Virus record (IMG/VR): IMGVR_UViG_3300014720_000016 | Direction: 5' to 3' (one strand) | From: a virus | Length of the DNA stretch: 64,000 nt | In this document: positions 46,391 to 55,043 of the stretch, piece by piece | Position numbering within the stretch: the first letter of the stretch is position 1 | Layout: each line of letters opens with the position of its first letter | Translations under genes and position numbers: made by a program | Notes under the pieces: model-generated | Told to the model about the DNA's origin: nothing | The model's input: only the letters and a program-made list of their open reading frames with translations | The model's database searches: none

Positions 46391-47086
46391 TTAGCTATCT
46401 TTTGAAGAGAGTTTTTGATTACGGTGCTCGGCGCCAATTAAATAGATTGACTTAAGCGTTGTCGCACCAAAGAAGATGCCAAGCAGAATTGTGATTGCGG
46501 CAGCAGCGTCAAACGAAAAGCTCTTTACATGGAGATGCGCGATAACAAGCAGCATACCACATGCTAGCAGGGAATAGCCGGCTACAAATTGCTTTGCGCT
46601 AAAAAGCAGCAGATGCAAGCCTTCGATAAAGGTTAAGTAGTAGCTATGTTCCCTCTGAAAAAACAAGCCGGGATAATCCACGGGGCGCATATCGATCTGG
46701 GTGCGCCTAAATAAACGCCATTCACGAGGCGGGCTTTTAAACAGCCAGCCCTCAAGGGGCGTAGATCCGGTGGCAGCCTCAAAAGAATCTACAAGATGCG
46801 GCAGAAATATGCCGTTGTAATTCTCGATTCTTTTAACCAGGTCAATAAGGATGTCCGCCGTTGGCTTGCCTGCGTCCCTGGCCTTTTCCAGATCTGAAAA
46901 GCCGGAGCGAATGCCATTGACAATATGCTTACGGCGATTTACCCATGCTTCCATCGCGGCTGCCATGTGATTTTCGCTGACATCGAGCGGCTCAGGATTA
47001 TATCCATCATGAAGATCTTGCAGGTATTGCAAAGCGCTATTAAGCTGAAATAGTCCCTCAGGGCTGCTGACAAGTCGCATGTCCAT
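46391..47086 (-). CDS. membrane protein (C-terminal TMs)
   Basis: 231 aa with a hydrophobic C-terminus. Confidence 0.6.
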   Translation of the reverse strand: MDMRLVSSPEGLFQLNSALQYLQDLHDGYNPEPLDVSENHMAAAMEAWVNRRKHIVNGIRSGFSDLEKARDAGKPTADILIDLVKRIENYNGIFLPHLVDSFEAATGSTPLEGWLFKSPPREWRLFRRTQIDMRPVDYPGLFFQREHSYYLTFIEGLHLLLFSAKQFVAGYSLLACGMLLVIAHLHVKSFSFDAAAAITILLGIFFGATTLKSIYLIGAEHRNQKLSSKDS

Positions 47087-47378
47087 TGCTGCTCCTTAGC
47101 ACTTGGATTCGAGCGGTGCTCTTCTTGTAAGTAAAAAGAGCGACTTTTACGTCTGGGCAACCAGAGATGCCGTGATCGGCAGCATTGTTAAGTATCCCGT
47201 CTCTTGAGATTGCAAAATACTTACCATCGGCATTAGCTAAGAGCAGTCCGGCTTCCTTGGCATCTAGGAATTTCTGTACCATGCCGAGCGGCACCTTAGC
47301 CCCAATCTGGGCCAGGATTGCAGAAGCTACCAGATCAGCATCCCCAAAAGAGACCGCAGAAGTTATATTTAGCTTCAT
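47058..47378 (-). CDS. hypothetical protein, MKL-start family
   Basis: MKLNITSAV. Confidence 0.55.
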   Translation of the reverse strand: MKLNITSAVSFGDADLVASAILAQIGAKVPLGMVQKFLDAKEAGLLLANADGKYFAISRDGILNNAADHGISGCPDVKVALFTYKKSTARIQVLRSSNGHATCQQP

Positions 47379-47383
47379 TGCTT

Positions 47384-47542
47384 TTATTCGCTTTCTTTTA
47401 GTGCATGATCTACGGTGCCATATGCTATACCCATCGCTGCGATAGTAAGCAAGATATCGCTCTGAGCCTCTGGAAGAAAGAAGAGAAGTGAGCTTATTCC
47501 AAGCATTCCAATAAGATAGGCAACGGCTACAAACCTGTGCAT
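47384..47542 (-). CDS. small 2-TM protein (below ORF-track cutoff)
   Basis: MHRFVAVAYLIGMLGISSLLFFLPEAQSDILLTIAAMGIAYG..., 52 aa, fills the gap. Confidence 0.5.
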   Translation of the reverse strand: MHRFVAVAYLIGMLGISSLLFFLPEAQSDILLTIAAMGIAYGTVDHALKESE

Positions 47543-47549
47543 CGACGCG

Positions 47550-47888
47550 CTAAATCCTAATGGAGACGTATAGATAATCTATCACGATCATGCCTGGATT
47601 AGCTTCTTGTAGCTCATACAATCTATTCTCAGGCATTGCGCTGAAGTGAAATGTTATATATTGCGGCTTTACAAGCTTGTTCGAGTAAACCAACCCGCTT
47701 ATTCGATCTACATAGGCGTAATCAAAGAGACTCAGATCGTGTGGATTATGCTCCCAGAATATTGAGTTGCCGCTGCCTATTACGTCGAAAATATCCTGTT
47801 CTGTTAGCACATCTGGAAAGGCCAGATTGGGATCAAGCTCAGCGAGCCTTTTCGGTGCATTTAGGGCTACCCAGCTGATTAACTTCAC
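47550..47888 (-). CDS. hypothetical protein, MKL-start family
   Basis: GTG start, MKLISWVAL. Confidence 0.6.
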   Translation of the reverse strand: MKLISWVALNAPKRLAELDPNLAFPDVLTEQDIFDVIGSGNSIFWEHNPHDLSLFDYAYVDRISGLVYSNKLVKPQYITFHFSAMPENRLYELQEANPGMIVIDYLYVSIRI

Positions 47889-48061
47889 TGGAATATGGTG
47901 AAGTATTCAATGACGCGCTGTACAATCCTACCGGCTCAGTATAAAGACCCTTGCACTCAGTCCATGAACCCAGCTCTGCGCTTTCTGTGGCCAGGGGAAT
48001 GTCCTCGAAACCAACCACAACTTCGTCGATACAAAACAACATGGGTTTTCTCCTCTTAGAT

Positions 48062-48457
48062 TTAGCGAATCTTCCAAACTAAGTACTTGCAGGACAGCAT
48101 CGTGCACGAGAAAAGACTTGCCTGTCGCAGGCTGTTCGTCATGCTGGCGCTTACTCTGGTAGATGGATCTGATAACCAGAAGCACTCCGGCAACTTGTCA
48201 GATTCAAAAGAAATACTCTTCATATACAGACAGTTAGTTGAACTATCTTCACTGCCGGAATTGAATATAAAAGCTCCTGCATAAGTAGCTTGCAGCTTTC
48301 CGGCATCGTCAAAGTTACCCCAGCCCACACATATCGAGCCATCACTGGCTAACAAGCTGTTCCAGACCTGACAAACCTCTTTCGGTATTACCAGTCCGCT
48401 GTCTAGTGCGGCAGCAGCCTCAGGGTGATAGAGCAAAGCGGCATCTATTAGCTTCAA
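48062..48457 (-). CDS. hypothetical protein, MKL-start family
   Basis: TTG start 7 nt after AAGGAG gives MKLIDAALL. Confidence 0.6.
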   Translation of the reverse strand: MKLIDAALLYHPEAAAALDSGLVIPKEVCQVWNSLLASDGSICVGWGNFDDAGKLQATYAGAFIFNSGSEDSSTNCLYMKSISFESDKLPECFWLSDPSTRVSASMTNSLRQASLFSCTMLSCKYLVWKIR

Positions 48458-48530
48458 ACCGCTACTCCTTGCCTGCAAGCAGTGGCTTGCAGCTTGCCTT
48501 GCAGCCGGTAGCGGCGCGGTACGCCGCTGT

Positions 48531-48563
48531 GGATCGGGCGGGACCGGGTTTAGGCCCGGCCCG
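48531..48563 (-). promoter_or_regulatory. CCTAAA-N13-GATCC element, copy 9
   Basis: ggatc-gggcgggaccggg-tttaggcccggcccg. Confidence 0.8.
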
Positions 48564-48625
48564 TCCTGCTATTCGCCTATCCTAGCGCGGGAGCCGAGCT
48601 CGCAGCCGTGAACCTAGGATAGCAC

Positions 48626-48811
48626 CTAGGAAAGTGATCCAAGAGTAGAAATGCCAAAAATAGAATATAGCAGACCCAAGATAAACACAATAACAGTGCT
48701 AGTGTATCCGCCAGGCGTGGCGCCTTCATCAGAGTTCATCTTTGCAAGCATATCACTGGCTGCCAGTGCCATGCAAATTGTACCCGCTGCGATAATAAGT
48801 GCGCTAATCAT
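48626..48811 (-). CDS. small 2-TM protein
   Basis: 61 aa, hydrophobic. Confidence 0.6.
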   Translation of the reverse strand: MISALIIAAGTICMALAASDMLAKMNSDEGATPGGYTSTVIVFILGLLYSIFGISTLGSLS

Positions 48812-49105
48812 TTCTTAGGTCCATAAATTATGATCTGTCTTTTATAAAGAGTATGGTGAGCCAGCTCTTTTGAAGTATTTGCTAGCCTCCACTGCCAAGT
48901 AACCCAGCCGTCATGTGATATTTTGTATGTGGTAAGGCTATAGCCTATACAGATAGCAACCTCTTCCCATCCATCCATCCGGCAGTAGCTTGATTTCGTA
49001 TTGCCTGTCTATCTCTATGTTAAACTGGCTCTCTACGAGTCCGAGGATTGCTTCTGAATCATTTTCCCTGAAAGCGGATCGGGCGACGAACCAATCTAGC
49101 TTCAT
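48808..49105 (-). pseudogene. frameshifted MKL-family gene (extra 4-bp unit in a GGAT repeat)
   Basis: MKLDWFVAR...; removing one ATGG at ~48967-48980 restores a 97-aa ORF with ATGA overlaps at both ends. Confidence 0.7.
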
Positions 49106-49893
49106 CGCTGATCCCAATCCTCAATTTTAATTCTTTTAACACGCCCCCATGTAAAGCCATTGGCAAGCGCCATGGTGCGATAAAAGTCGTTTAAGTTGTT
49201 AGTGCCCCAGTTGGATCGAATCATTCCGGGCAGGTGTGGCACAGTGCTGGTATCGCAAATCACGTCTATTATCTCAGGTTTCGCCCTGATAAAAGTTCTT
49301 TTCATGGCAGGTTTTATTCCGTTCTGTAGCAGCCGGATCACAAACCGCTGACGCTGTGCCGGGCGCATGGCACCTAGAATAGAGCTGTATTTATATAGAT
49401 GCAATGCGCGGTCACGGGCATTATCAGGGTTGCTCTCTACAAGCCTCAAGAACTGGGGCATGGCAAATCCACATGCTAAAGCAGCACCGTGCTCAAACCT
49501 GTCATCTCCACCTAGCTTAGCGGCAGCCTGCTTAACCAAGTCCTTAATCGCACCTAGTTTGCGGCTGGCGATCTTTTTCCAGGTTAATGTTGCGTAGCCT
49601 AGAGCCTTGCGGTTCTGATTGTGCAGCTTGCCAGGATGACAATCACCGTGAAGCGCGTAGACTATATTAGGCAAAGGAAAGCGAATCGTCTTGCCTTTGC
49701 GATCCACTACTTCCCTGGGTGCTAAATGGTGCAGGGTGTAGGGTTGCCATGTTGTTGTTTTAGATTTTTTTAGATAGTGCCATACACCGGTATATTTACC
49801 AAAAGGCACGATGACAAGGGTTTCCTTGTGCATGTTGTAGAGAAAGGCTTCCCCGCTCTTAGCAAGGTTCCAAAGAATTTTGCTAAAGTGCAT
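49102..49893 (-). CDS. hypothetical basic protein
   Basis: 263 aa ORF. Confidence 0.65.
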   Translation of the reverse strand: MHFSKILWNLAKSGEAFLYNMHKETLVIVPFGKYTGVWHYLKKSKTTTWQPYTLHHLAPREVVDRKGKTIRFPLPNIVYALHGDCHPGKLHNQNRKALGYATLTWKKIASRKLGAIKDLVKQAAAKLGGDDRFEHGAALACGFAMPQFLRLVESNPDNARDRALHLYKYSSILGAMRPAQRQRFVIRLLQNGIKPAMKRTFIRAKPEIIDVICDTSTVPHLPGMIRSNWGTNNLNDFYRTMALANGFTWGRVKRIKIEDWDQR

Positions 49894-49908
49894 AAGCCCT
49901 TTCTGGTT

Positions 49909-50427
49909 CTAGTTAATGGAAGAGAGTGCCGACTCAATGTTGGAGAGGATTGTCTCGGTCGTGGAATCTAGCCGCACCCGTATGACTGGCCGACCCAGGG
50001 CAGAGGCAATGCGCAGGCTATGCGCAGTACCGCCGCTGCCTTCCGACTTTTGAAACGCTACTACGACATCCGATGTCTGTACTATACTCGCGTTACGGGT
50101 CATTAGCTTTTTACTACCTTGGCCAAGGTGTGACCAGGCTGGATGAGCCGATTTAGCCAGCTGCATTAGCTGCTCGTTAAGCGCATCATGCAAAACATTT
50201 CCGGCCACTATTTGCTCTGCGTTGTAGGAAGGCCACGGCAAATGCAAGTGAACTAATTCTGGCCTAAAATTTCCTCCTGCGGCAAAAGCCGCATCAGACC
50301 CATTTGCATTACCGCTATGCAGCTCCCAGTCGCGCCGTACAATTTCTGCGCCAATGGCTCGCAGTAGGGCAGGGACCTGTTCTGAAATGTCCCGGCTGCC
50401 TACGCAGGCGATCTTGCTAACAGGCAT
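49909..50427 (-). CDS. SLOG/DprA-Smf-like protein
   Basis: ACVGSR, LHSGNANGSDAAF, HPAW, RNASIV, SGGTAHSLRIA. Confidence 0.8.
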   Translation of the reverse strand: MPVSKIACVGSRDISEQVPALLRAIGAEIVRRDWELHSGNANGSDAAFAAGGNFRPELVHLHLPWPSYNAEQIVAGNVLHDALNEQLMQLAKSAHPAWSHLGQGSKKLMTRNASIVQTSDVVVAFQKSEGSGGTAHSLRIASALGRPVIRVRLDSTTETILSNIESALSSIN

Positions 50428-51103
50428 AATTCGTGCCTTCTTTCTCCAGCACATAGCTCCAGTACCTGGGATTTGGCTTGCTCTGTAGCTGGTCCCAAAA
50501 GATACACCGCGCTACATATGGTGAAACTCCGGCCTTGCGCGAGCTGGTAACCCAGTGGTTTTCCATCTTGCGATAGGTTGCTCGCCCAGTAGGCGATGAG
50601 TTGTACTCCAAGCCCTCGATGCCATAAAGCCGTAGCTGGTGGACATCGCCGCAAACTACACGGGCCTCGCTGGGATGAATCATTTCAAGAGCGAATGAAA
50701 CCTTAGCTACACCAAGGCCATAGATCTTGCTGGTGATCTCATCGCGCTTTGCGATGTGCCGCTTCTTGGTCGTAAAGCGGAAATCGCTAGGCCGGTCCCA
50801 GTAGAGATTGGAAAAGTGCTGGATATACTTGGCGCGACTGTTATGCAACCCGGCCCTAGACTCCTTAAGGTTCTCTAGAAGAACCTCTGGCTTACCAGCC
50901 CAGTTATTGTAGTTCTTGATTGCTTGGTACCCGTTGACGTTACCACGAAATGTGGTATGCACACTGCAAAACGCAAACAGATACCTCTGGAAAATTTCCA
51001 TATCGTCCTGTGGACGAAGGGACTCCCAATAGTCCGTGTAGCGCTTGGCAATATCGGGGTTGATGGTTTTGAAAAAGTCGCGAGCCTTGCTGTAGTCGAT
51101 CAA
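50417..51103 (-). CDS. HhH-superfamily DNA glycosylase/AP lyase-like protein
   Basis: GLHNSRAKYI, IYGLGVAKVSF (HhH), CGDVH. Confidence 0.65.
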   Translation of the reverse strand: MIDYSKARDFFKTINPDIAKRYTDYWESLRPQDDMEIFQRYLFAFCSVHTTFRGNVNGYQAIKNYNNWAGKPEVLLENLKESRAGLHNSRAKYIQHFSNLYWDRPSDFRFTTKKRHIAKRDEITSKIYGLGVAKVSFALEMIHPSEARVVCGDVHQLRLYGIEGLEYNSSPTGRATYRKMENHWVTSSRKAGVSPYVARCIFWDQLQSKPNPRYWSYVLEKEGTNYAC

Positions 51104-51193
51104 GTGAAGAAACCTTGAAAAAAGAGGTCTACGAAAAAAAGCGTCGGGGGTATAACTAGCGCAGCCGACGCCGCCGAGGGGGAGAACTACCTT

Positions 51194-51226
51194 TATATAC
51201 GGGTATATACAGGTATATACGGGTAT
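51194..51226. repeat. 10-bp tandem repeat (TATATACRGG)x3.3
   Basis: tatatacggg tatatacagg tatatacggg tat, intergenic. Confidence 0.85.
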
Positions 51227-51557
51227 TAGAGACCAATAAACTTTCGTAATTTTCCTAAAAAAGACTTGACATCTGTACCGCAGTCTTCTTGTTTTAAGTA
51301 TGGAGGAAACTTACTTATCTCAACAACTAGCCCACTGGGATGAAGATTTCTGTAAAACATTCCATAGGGAGCAGATACCAGTCGGGTATAGTCAAGATAT
51401 GTTAATTCAGTTGCTTCGAAAAGCGTTAGGTTGCAATTACTAGCTAGATAGCGGCCTGGTGTTTCCGTCTCATTTACAGACTCGAACCATTTACAAAGGT
51501 ACCAGGGATGCTCAGCGGTAGCAATTGCAGCAGCGATTTGAAGCGGGGTAAACTTAT
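51226..51557 (-). CDS. hypothetical protein
   Basis: Likely GTG start overlapping the upstream stop. Confidence 0.55.
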
Positions 51558-51907
51558 TCACCAGAAAACATCTTTCTGAAAATCTCGTCTCGCTTGGCTT
51601 TAGCAGCAGCTTCGGCTCTTGCAAGTTCTTTTAGTCCGCTATCTTGGAACTGTTTTCCTTTGATTGGAGCCTCGGCATAATAGTCGTCTATCGGCGACAG
51701 CCAACCGGCTTCGTACCACCAGCTGGCGATAACATTTGCCTTAGATTTAGATCTAACTGCATAGACGATTGCTCCGAAGCTATCGTCAATACTGATGACT
51801 TCGCCGATCTGACCGCAGTGGTCATCCATACCTAGCTCCCAAGCGATAACAGTATGAGTGGGTGGATAGGCGCAGATTTTTACATTGTCGCCAACTTTGT
51901 ATTTCAT
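51554..51907 (-). CDS. SH3/KOW-like phage protein
   Basis: MKYKVGDNVKI...CGQIGEV. Confidence 0.6.
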   Translation of the reverse strand: MKYKVGDNVKICAYPPTHTVIAWELGMDDHCGQIGEVISIDDSFGAIVYAVRSKSKANVIASWWYEAGWLSPIDDYYAEAPIKGKQFQDSGLKELARAEAAAKAKRDEIFRKMFSGE

Positions 51908-51916
51908 GACTCACCA

Positions 51917-52228
51917 CTAATCAGTTACTATGATATAGTTTCTATAGGAAAAGCTGGAGTTTTCAAGTCGAGGAGGTCCGCCGCTCCGAGTGAAACGGTA
52001 GTGCAGGCTATCTGTCCAGTTTACGGGAATGTATATCGACCACTCATTGCAAAGCATGATTGTTTTAATTATCACAGATTCATTTTTCTCTGTATAAAAT
52101 TTCCAAGGAGCAGAAGGCAATCGAGCACCATAGTCTCTTCCAATAAGAGTTGCTACCCTGTCTCGTAGGGCTTCGGCATTACCCTCTTGCCATGCGAACC
52201 AAAGATCTACGCTGGCATCAAGTTTCAT
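51917..52228 (-). CDS. hypothetical protein, MKL-start family
   Basis: MKLDASVDLW. Confidence 0.6.
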   Translation of the reverse strand: MKLDASVDLWFAWQEGNAEALRDRVATLIGRDYGARLPSAPWKFYTEKNESVIIKTIMLCNEWSIYIPVNWTDSLHYRFTRSGGPPRLENSSFSYRNYIIVTD

Positions 52229-52671
52229 TTGCTGCCTTGTTTAGCATTTGCTTCGTAAGCAGATAGTCGAAGCATATAGGCTTCGTGCTGTTTCCGATAA
52301 TACTCTTGCACGTCTAGCTGCGTCATCAGCTGCTTGCTGAGCACATCAAGAACATAAGCCAACGATATGTTTCTTGGAACTGCTTTTTGTTTTTCTGCTT
52401 TTGGATCACTGACTACGATATGAAAAGAAAAAATCTTACCAGAGTACAAGAACTCATTCTTGCGAGGCCATATGCGTGCGACGCCGGCCCGTGGAACGTG
52501 GACACTGTGTATATTTAGCCCGTGGATATTGTAAGATACAATCTTTCGTGTTAGGATGCTCAGATCTCTTTTGTGCAGAAAAGGAATTACTTCGGGAGCA
52601 GAAGCTGCCAGGATCGCTTCTGCTTCCGCGCAAGTATATGCGTAGTTAAGGGCGATATCGAGAAGCTTCAT
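52225..52671 (-). CDS. hypothetical protein, MKL-start family
   Basis: MKLLDIALN. Confidence 0.65.
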   Translation of the reverse strand: MKLLDIALNYAYTCAEAEAILAASAPEVIPFLHKRDLSILTRKIVSYNIHGLNIHSVHVPRAGVARIWPRKNEFLYSGKIFSFHIVVSDPKAEKQKAVPRNISLAYVLDVLSKQLMTQLDVQEYYRKQHEAYMLRLSAYEANAKQGSK

Positions 52672-52676
52672 ATTTA

Positions 52677-53009
52677 TTAGATGCCGTCGCGATTCTTATA
52701 ATTAAATGTTTCCGCAGTCTGATGGCAACCTGTTGTGCGCACAGACATCTTGGCAGACATCTTTAGATTTTCACCCAGATTAGATCCTTTGTTTTTCAAA
52801 CGCGTGGCAGCATTAATATACTCTGTCAAGCGCGAATCGGTATTGATCTGAATTGATGCGCCGCCTTTGTGCGAGTAGATCATGTTGCCTGTGTACTGGG
52901 CCACATCCTGTTCCTCTTCAGCGCACTCCTCGCACACAGTTGCCCGCCCAGGCTTGCCGAGACGGGCACGCTTATCATACTCGCTTCCACAGCTTACACA
53001 GATGCTCAT
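52677..53009 (-). CDS. zinc-finger hypothetical protein
   Basis: CVSC...CEEC; AAGGA SD. Confidence 0.65.
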   Translation of the reverse strand: MSICVSCGSEYDKRARLGKPGRATVCEECAEEEQDVAQYTGNMIYSHKGGASIQINTDSRLTEYINAATRLKNKGSNLGENLKMSAKMSVRTTGCHQTAETFNYKNRDGI

Positions 53010-53095
53010 GTGTATTCCTTTCTTTTATGCTTCACTGAAACTAAGCTCCCGCCTGCGCGCTGGACTTATTCACCGGGCGGGCCGGTCGCCCGACA

Positions 53096-53128
53096 GGATC
53101 GCCCCCGCCCGGCTTTAGGCCCGCCTCG
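53096..53128 (-). promoter_or_regulatory. CCTAAA-N13-GATCC element, copy 10 (divergent spacer)
   Basis: ggatc-gcccccgcccggc-tttaggcccgcctcg; spacing kept, hairpin lost. Confidence 0.75.
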
Positions 53129-53135
53129 GCTAGCA

Positions 53136-53348
53136 TTACTTGATAGCAGTAAAATCCCAGTTATATGCAAAATCTTTAACAAAGCCTATTTTAACTAATC
53201 TGGCTTCTAGCTCAGTCAGTCTATTCCCGGCAGTATCAGGCTTTAACCACAACGTAATTTTTGGGCGTTCCTCGTAAGAGGTGGCAGATAGACCAGAGTT
53301 TATCCTGACGACATCCTCTGCGCAAACAGGGAAAGAAATCTGAGACAA
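53136..53348 (-). CDS. hypothetical protein
   Basis: 70 aa ORF. Confidence 0.5.
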   Translation of the reverse strand: MSQISFPVCAEDVVRINSGLSATSYEERPKITLWLKPDTAGNRLTELEARLVKIGFVKDFAYNWDFTAIK

Positions 53349-53351
53349 ACC

Positions 53352-53564
53352 CTAGGATGCGCTAAGCCCACCTCGGTTGATCTTTAATATCGACACGAGC
53401 CCAACATGATCAAACCAGACACCTAGTGTTTGGACTTCTTCCGTGTCCATGAGAACCTGAAAATCTTCTCTGGATGGAATATTTAGATTTCTTACTTTCT
53501 TAAACCACAGGAGCAGATCATATGCATCTTTGCAGAACATTATCTCTAAAGAGGCAAGCTTCAT
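53352..53564 (-). CDS. hypothetical protein, MKL-start family
   Basis: MKLASLEIM. Confidence 0.6.
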   Translation of the reverse strand: MKLASLEIMFCKDAYDLLLWFKKVRNLNIPSREDFQVLMDTEEVQTLGVWFDHVGLVSILKINRGGLSAS

Positions 53565-53589
53565 TATCTATAGCTTACCTCTTCCGCAG

Positions 53590-53907
53590 CTATTCTCCGT
53601 AGTAGGCCAGCTGAGCCAGGCGCCTAATTCCTTTCAGGCACAGCAGAGGTAGTCCGAGAATAGGAAAGCCTACGATCCCAGCGACGCCTGCGATATAGGA
53701 TTCGCTGTCTTTTTTGCGGGCTGTAAAGCTAGCCAGGTCGCTGCTAAAGCCAAGCGTAAGATAGTGAGTCCAGTAAATAAACGGAGACTCTTGGCCAGCG
53801 GCAGCTTCACGTCGCTCGCGATTAGCGCGCTGCCAGCTACGGATCAGGCCTGTTTCGCTGTCGCTCTTTGCAAGGGCAGAAACCGGATTGGATGGAATAT
53901 TGTTCAT
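53590..53907 (-). CDS. membrane protein
   Basis: Start MNNIPS after AAGGAG; C-terminal TM. Confidence 0.55.
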   Translation of the reverse strand: MNNIPSNPVSALAKSDSETGLIRSWQRANRERREAAAGQESPFIYWTHYLTLGFSSDLASFTARKKDSESYIAGVAGIVGFPILGLPLLCLKGIRRLAQLAYYGE

Positions 53908-53923
53908 ACTTTCTCCTTGAGCT

Positions 53924-54523
53924 TTAAGTGTGAAATTCAAACGGCTCGAACTTAGCCTCAAGCGGTATGCACTCCCGATCACTGTCTTCATCATCGGGAT
54001 CTAGCAACTCGCCCTCGCTGAATGACTGCTCTAAATTGCACAACACTTTGCCATTCAGCACAACAAACTGTCCCTCGAAGTCGCAGCCAGGTTCTTCGTA
54101 GCGCAGATCAAATTGAACGTCTGGAAAAAACTCTGAGATGGCCACAATGCCCGCAATAGGAGGTGCCCATGCAGACTTAAACGATGCTACTAAGCAATCA
54201 CCCTCTTTGTCAAAACCTACCCCATCTTCCATGACATCCCACTTAGTGCCCCAGTTTTTATTTCGCCAATCATACCAGTCGCTAGCTCCATACTGTGCAA
54301 TCAGGTGCTCATTTAAGCTACCGGCACTAGGAGCTATCGCAGGCTGATCAATCAGCTCGGGAGGGGTCGGTACAAACGCACTTAGCAGCCCAACCTTTAC
54401 CGGAACTCGAGCAGGTTCGTCTGGATCGACAATAACCGCCCGCGATTCAAATTTTTCTTGGAAGTTTGCTAGTGCTGCGGGACTGCCAGATAGCAGGAGT
54501 AAGTTGTTGCACCAATTAGGCAT
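53924..54523 (-). CDS. DUF1281/YubB ferredoxin-like domain protein
   Basis: MPNWCNN, WYDWRNKNWGTKWD, F.SAWAPP, YEEPGCDF.G. Confidence 0.8.
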   Translation of the reverse strand: MPNWCNNLLLLSGSPAALANFQEKFESRAVIVDPDEPARVPVKVGLLSAFVPTPPELIDQPAIAPSAGSLNEHLIAQYGASDWYDWRNKNWGTKWDVMEDGVGFDKEGDCLVASFKSAWAPPIAGIVAISEFFPDVQFDLRYEEPGCDFEGQFVVLNGKVLCNLEQSFSEGELLDPDDEDSDRECIPLEAKFEPFEFHT

Positions 54524-54537
54524 ATCCCTCTCCTTGT

Positions 54538-54711
54538 TCAGCCGAACACAGCACTGAGTAGGCCAATGGTCCCGGCAGCTACAACGCCTAGGAAGATCAG
54601 CCCGCCCAGAAACATGGCAATGCCCTCGAAGAAGAAGTTACCAAACTTAAGAGCATAACCAAATGCAGCGGGAACAACAAGTACGCCGAGAAGAATCAGA
54701 ATAAAAGACAT
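54538..54711 (-). CDS. small 2-TM protein (below track cutoff)
   Basis: MSFILILLGVLVVPAAFG..., 57 aa with AAGGA SD. Confidence 0.55.
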   Translation of the reverse strand: MSFILILLGVLVVPAAFGYALKFGNFFFEGIAMFLGGLIFLGVVAAGTIGLLSAVFG

Positions 54712-54737
54712 GTGCTTTCCTTTGTAGTATAAGCCGT

Positions 54738-55043
54738 TCAGGCCTCAGGGTGACATTCAATTACGAGTGGATGACCGGCAGAACGTGCTCTGATTATTGC
54801 TTTCTCAGTCTTGGTCTCTGCAATATCTCGAGTGTATGTGCCGACTACGCCGGCCCCTTTCTGGTGGACGGCTAGAGTGATAGAGGTAGCTTCTGTAGCC
54901 CCCTTTTTAAAAATGGTGGTTAGAATATCTACGACAAACTCCATCGGAGTAAAGTCGTCATTCATTATGATAACCTTAAACATGCGGGGCGGATCGTTGC
55001 CAATCTTTGATCGCGTGTCCTTTAGCGTATCATTATCACTCAT
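54738..55043 (-). CDS. clpS: ClpAP adaptor ClpS
   Basis: PPRMFKVIIMNDDFTPMEFVV..L..IF, VHQKGAGVVGTYTRDIAETK, GHPL. Confidence 0.95.
   Translation of the reverse strand: MSDNDTLKDTRSKIGNDPPRMFKVIIMNDDFTPMEFVVDILTTIFKKGATEATSITLAVHQKGAGVVGTYTRDIAETKTEKAIIRARSAGHPLVIECHPEA

Noticed and set aside
47101-47120. tRNA T-loop-like GGATTCGA (also ~59309)
   Set aside because: Inside coding regions, with no cloverleaf around it.
49076-49085. GGATCGGGCG match to the element
   Set aside because: It lies inside the frameshifted coding sequence and lacks the CCGG and TTTAGG parts; probably chance.
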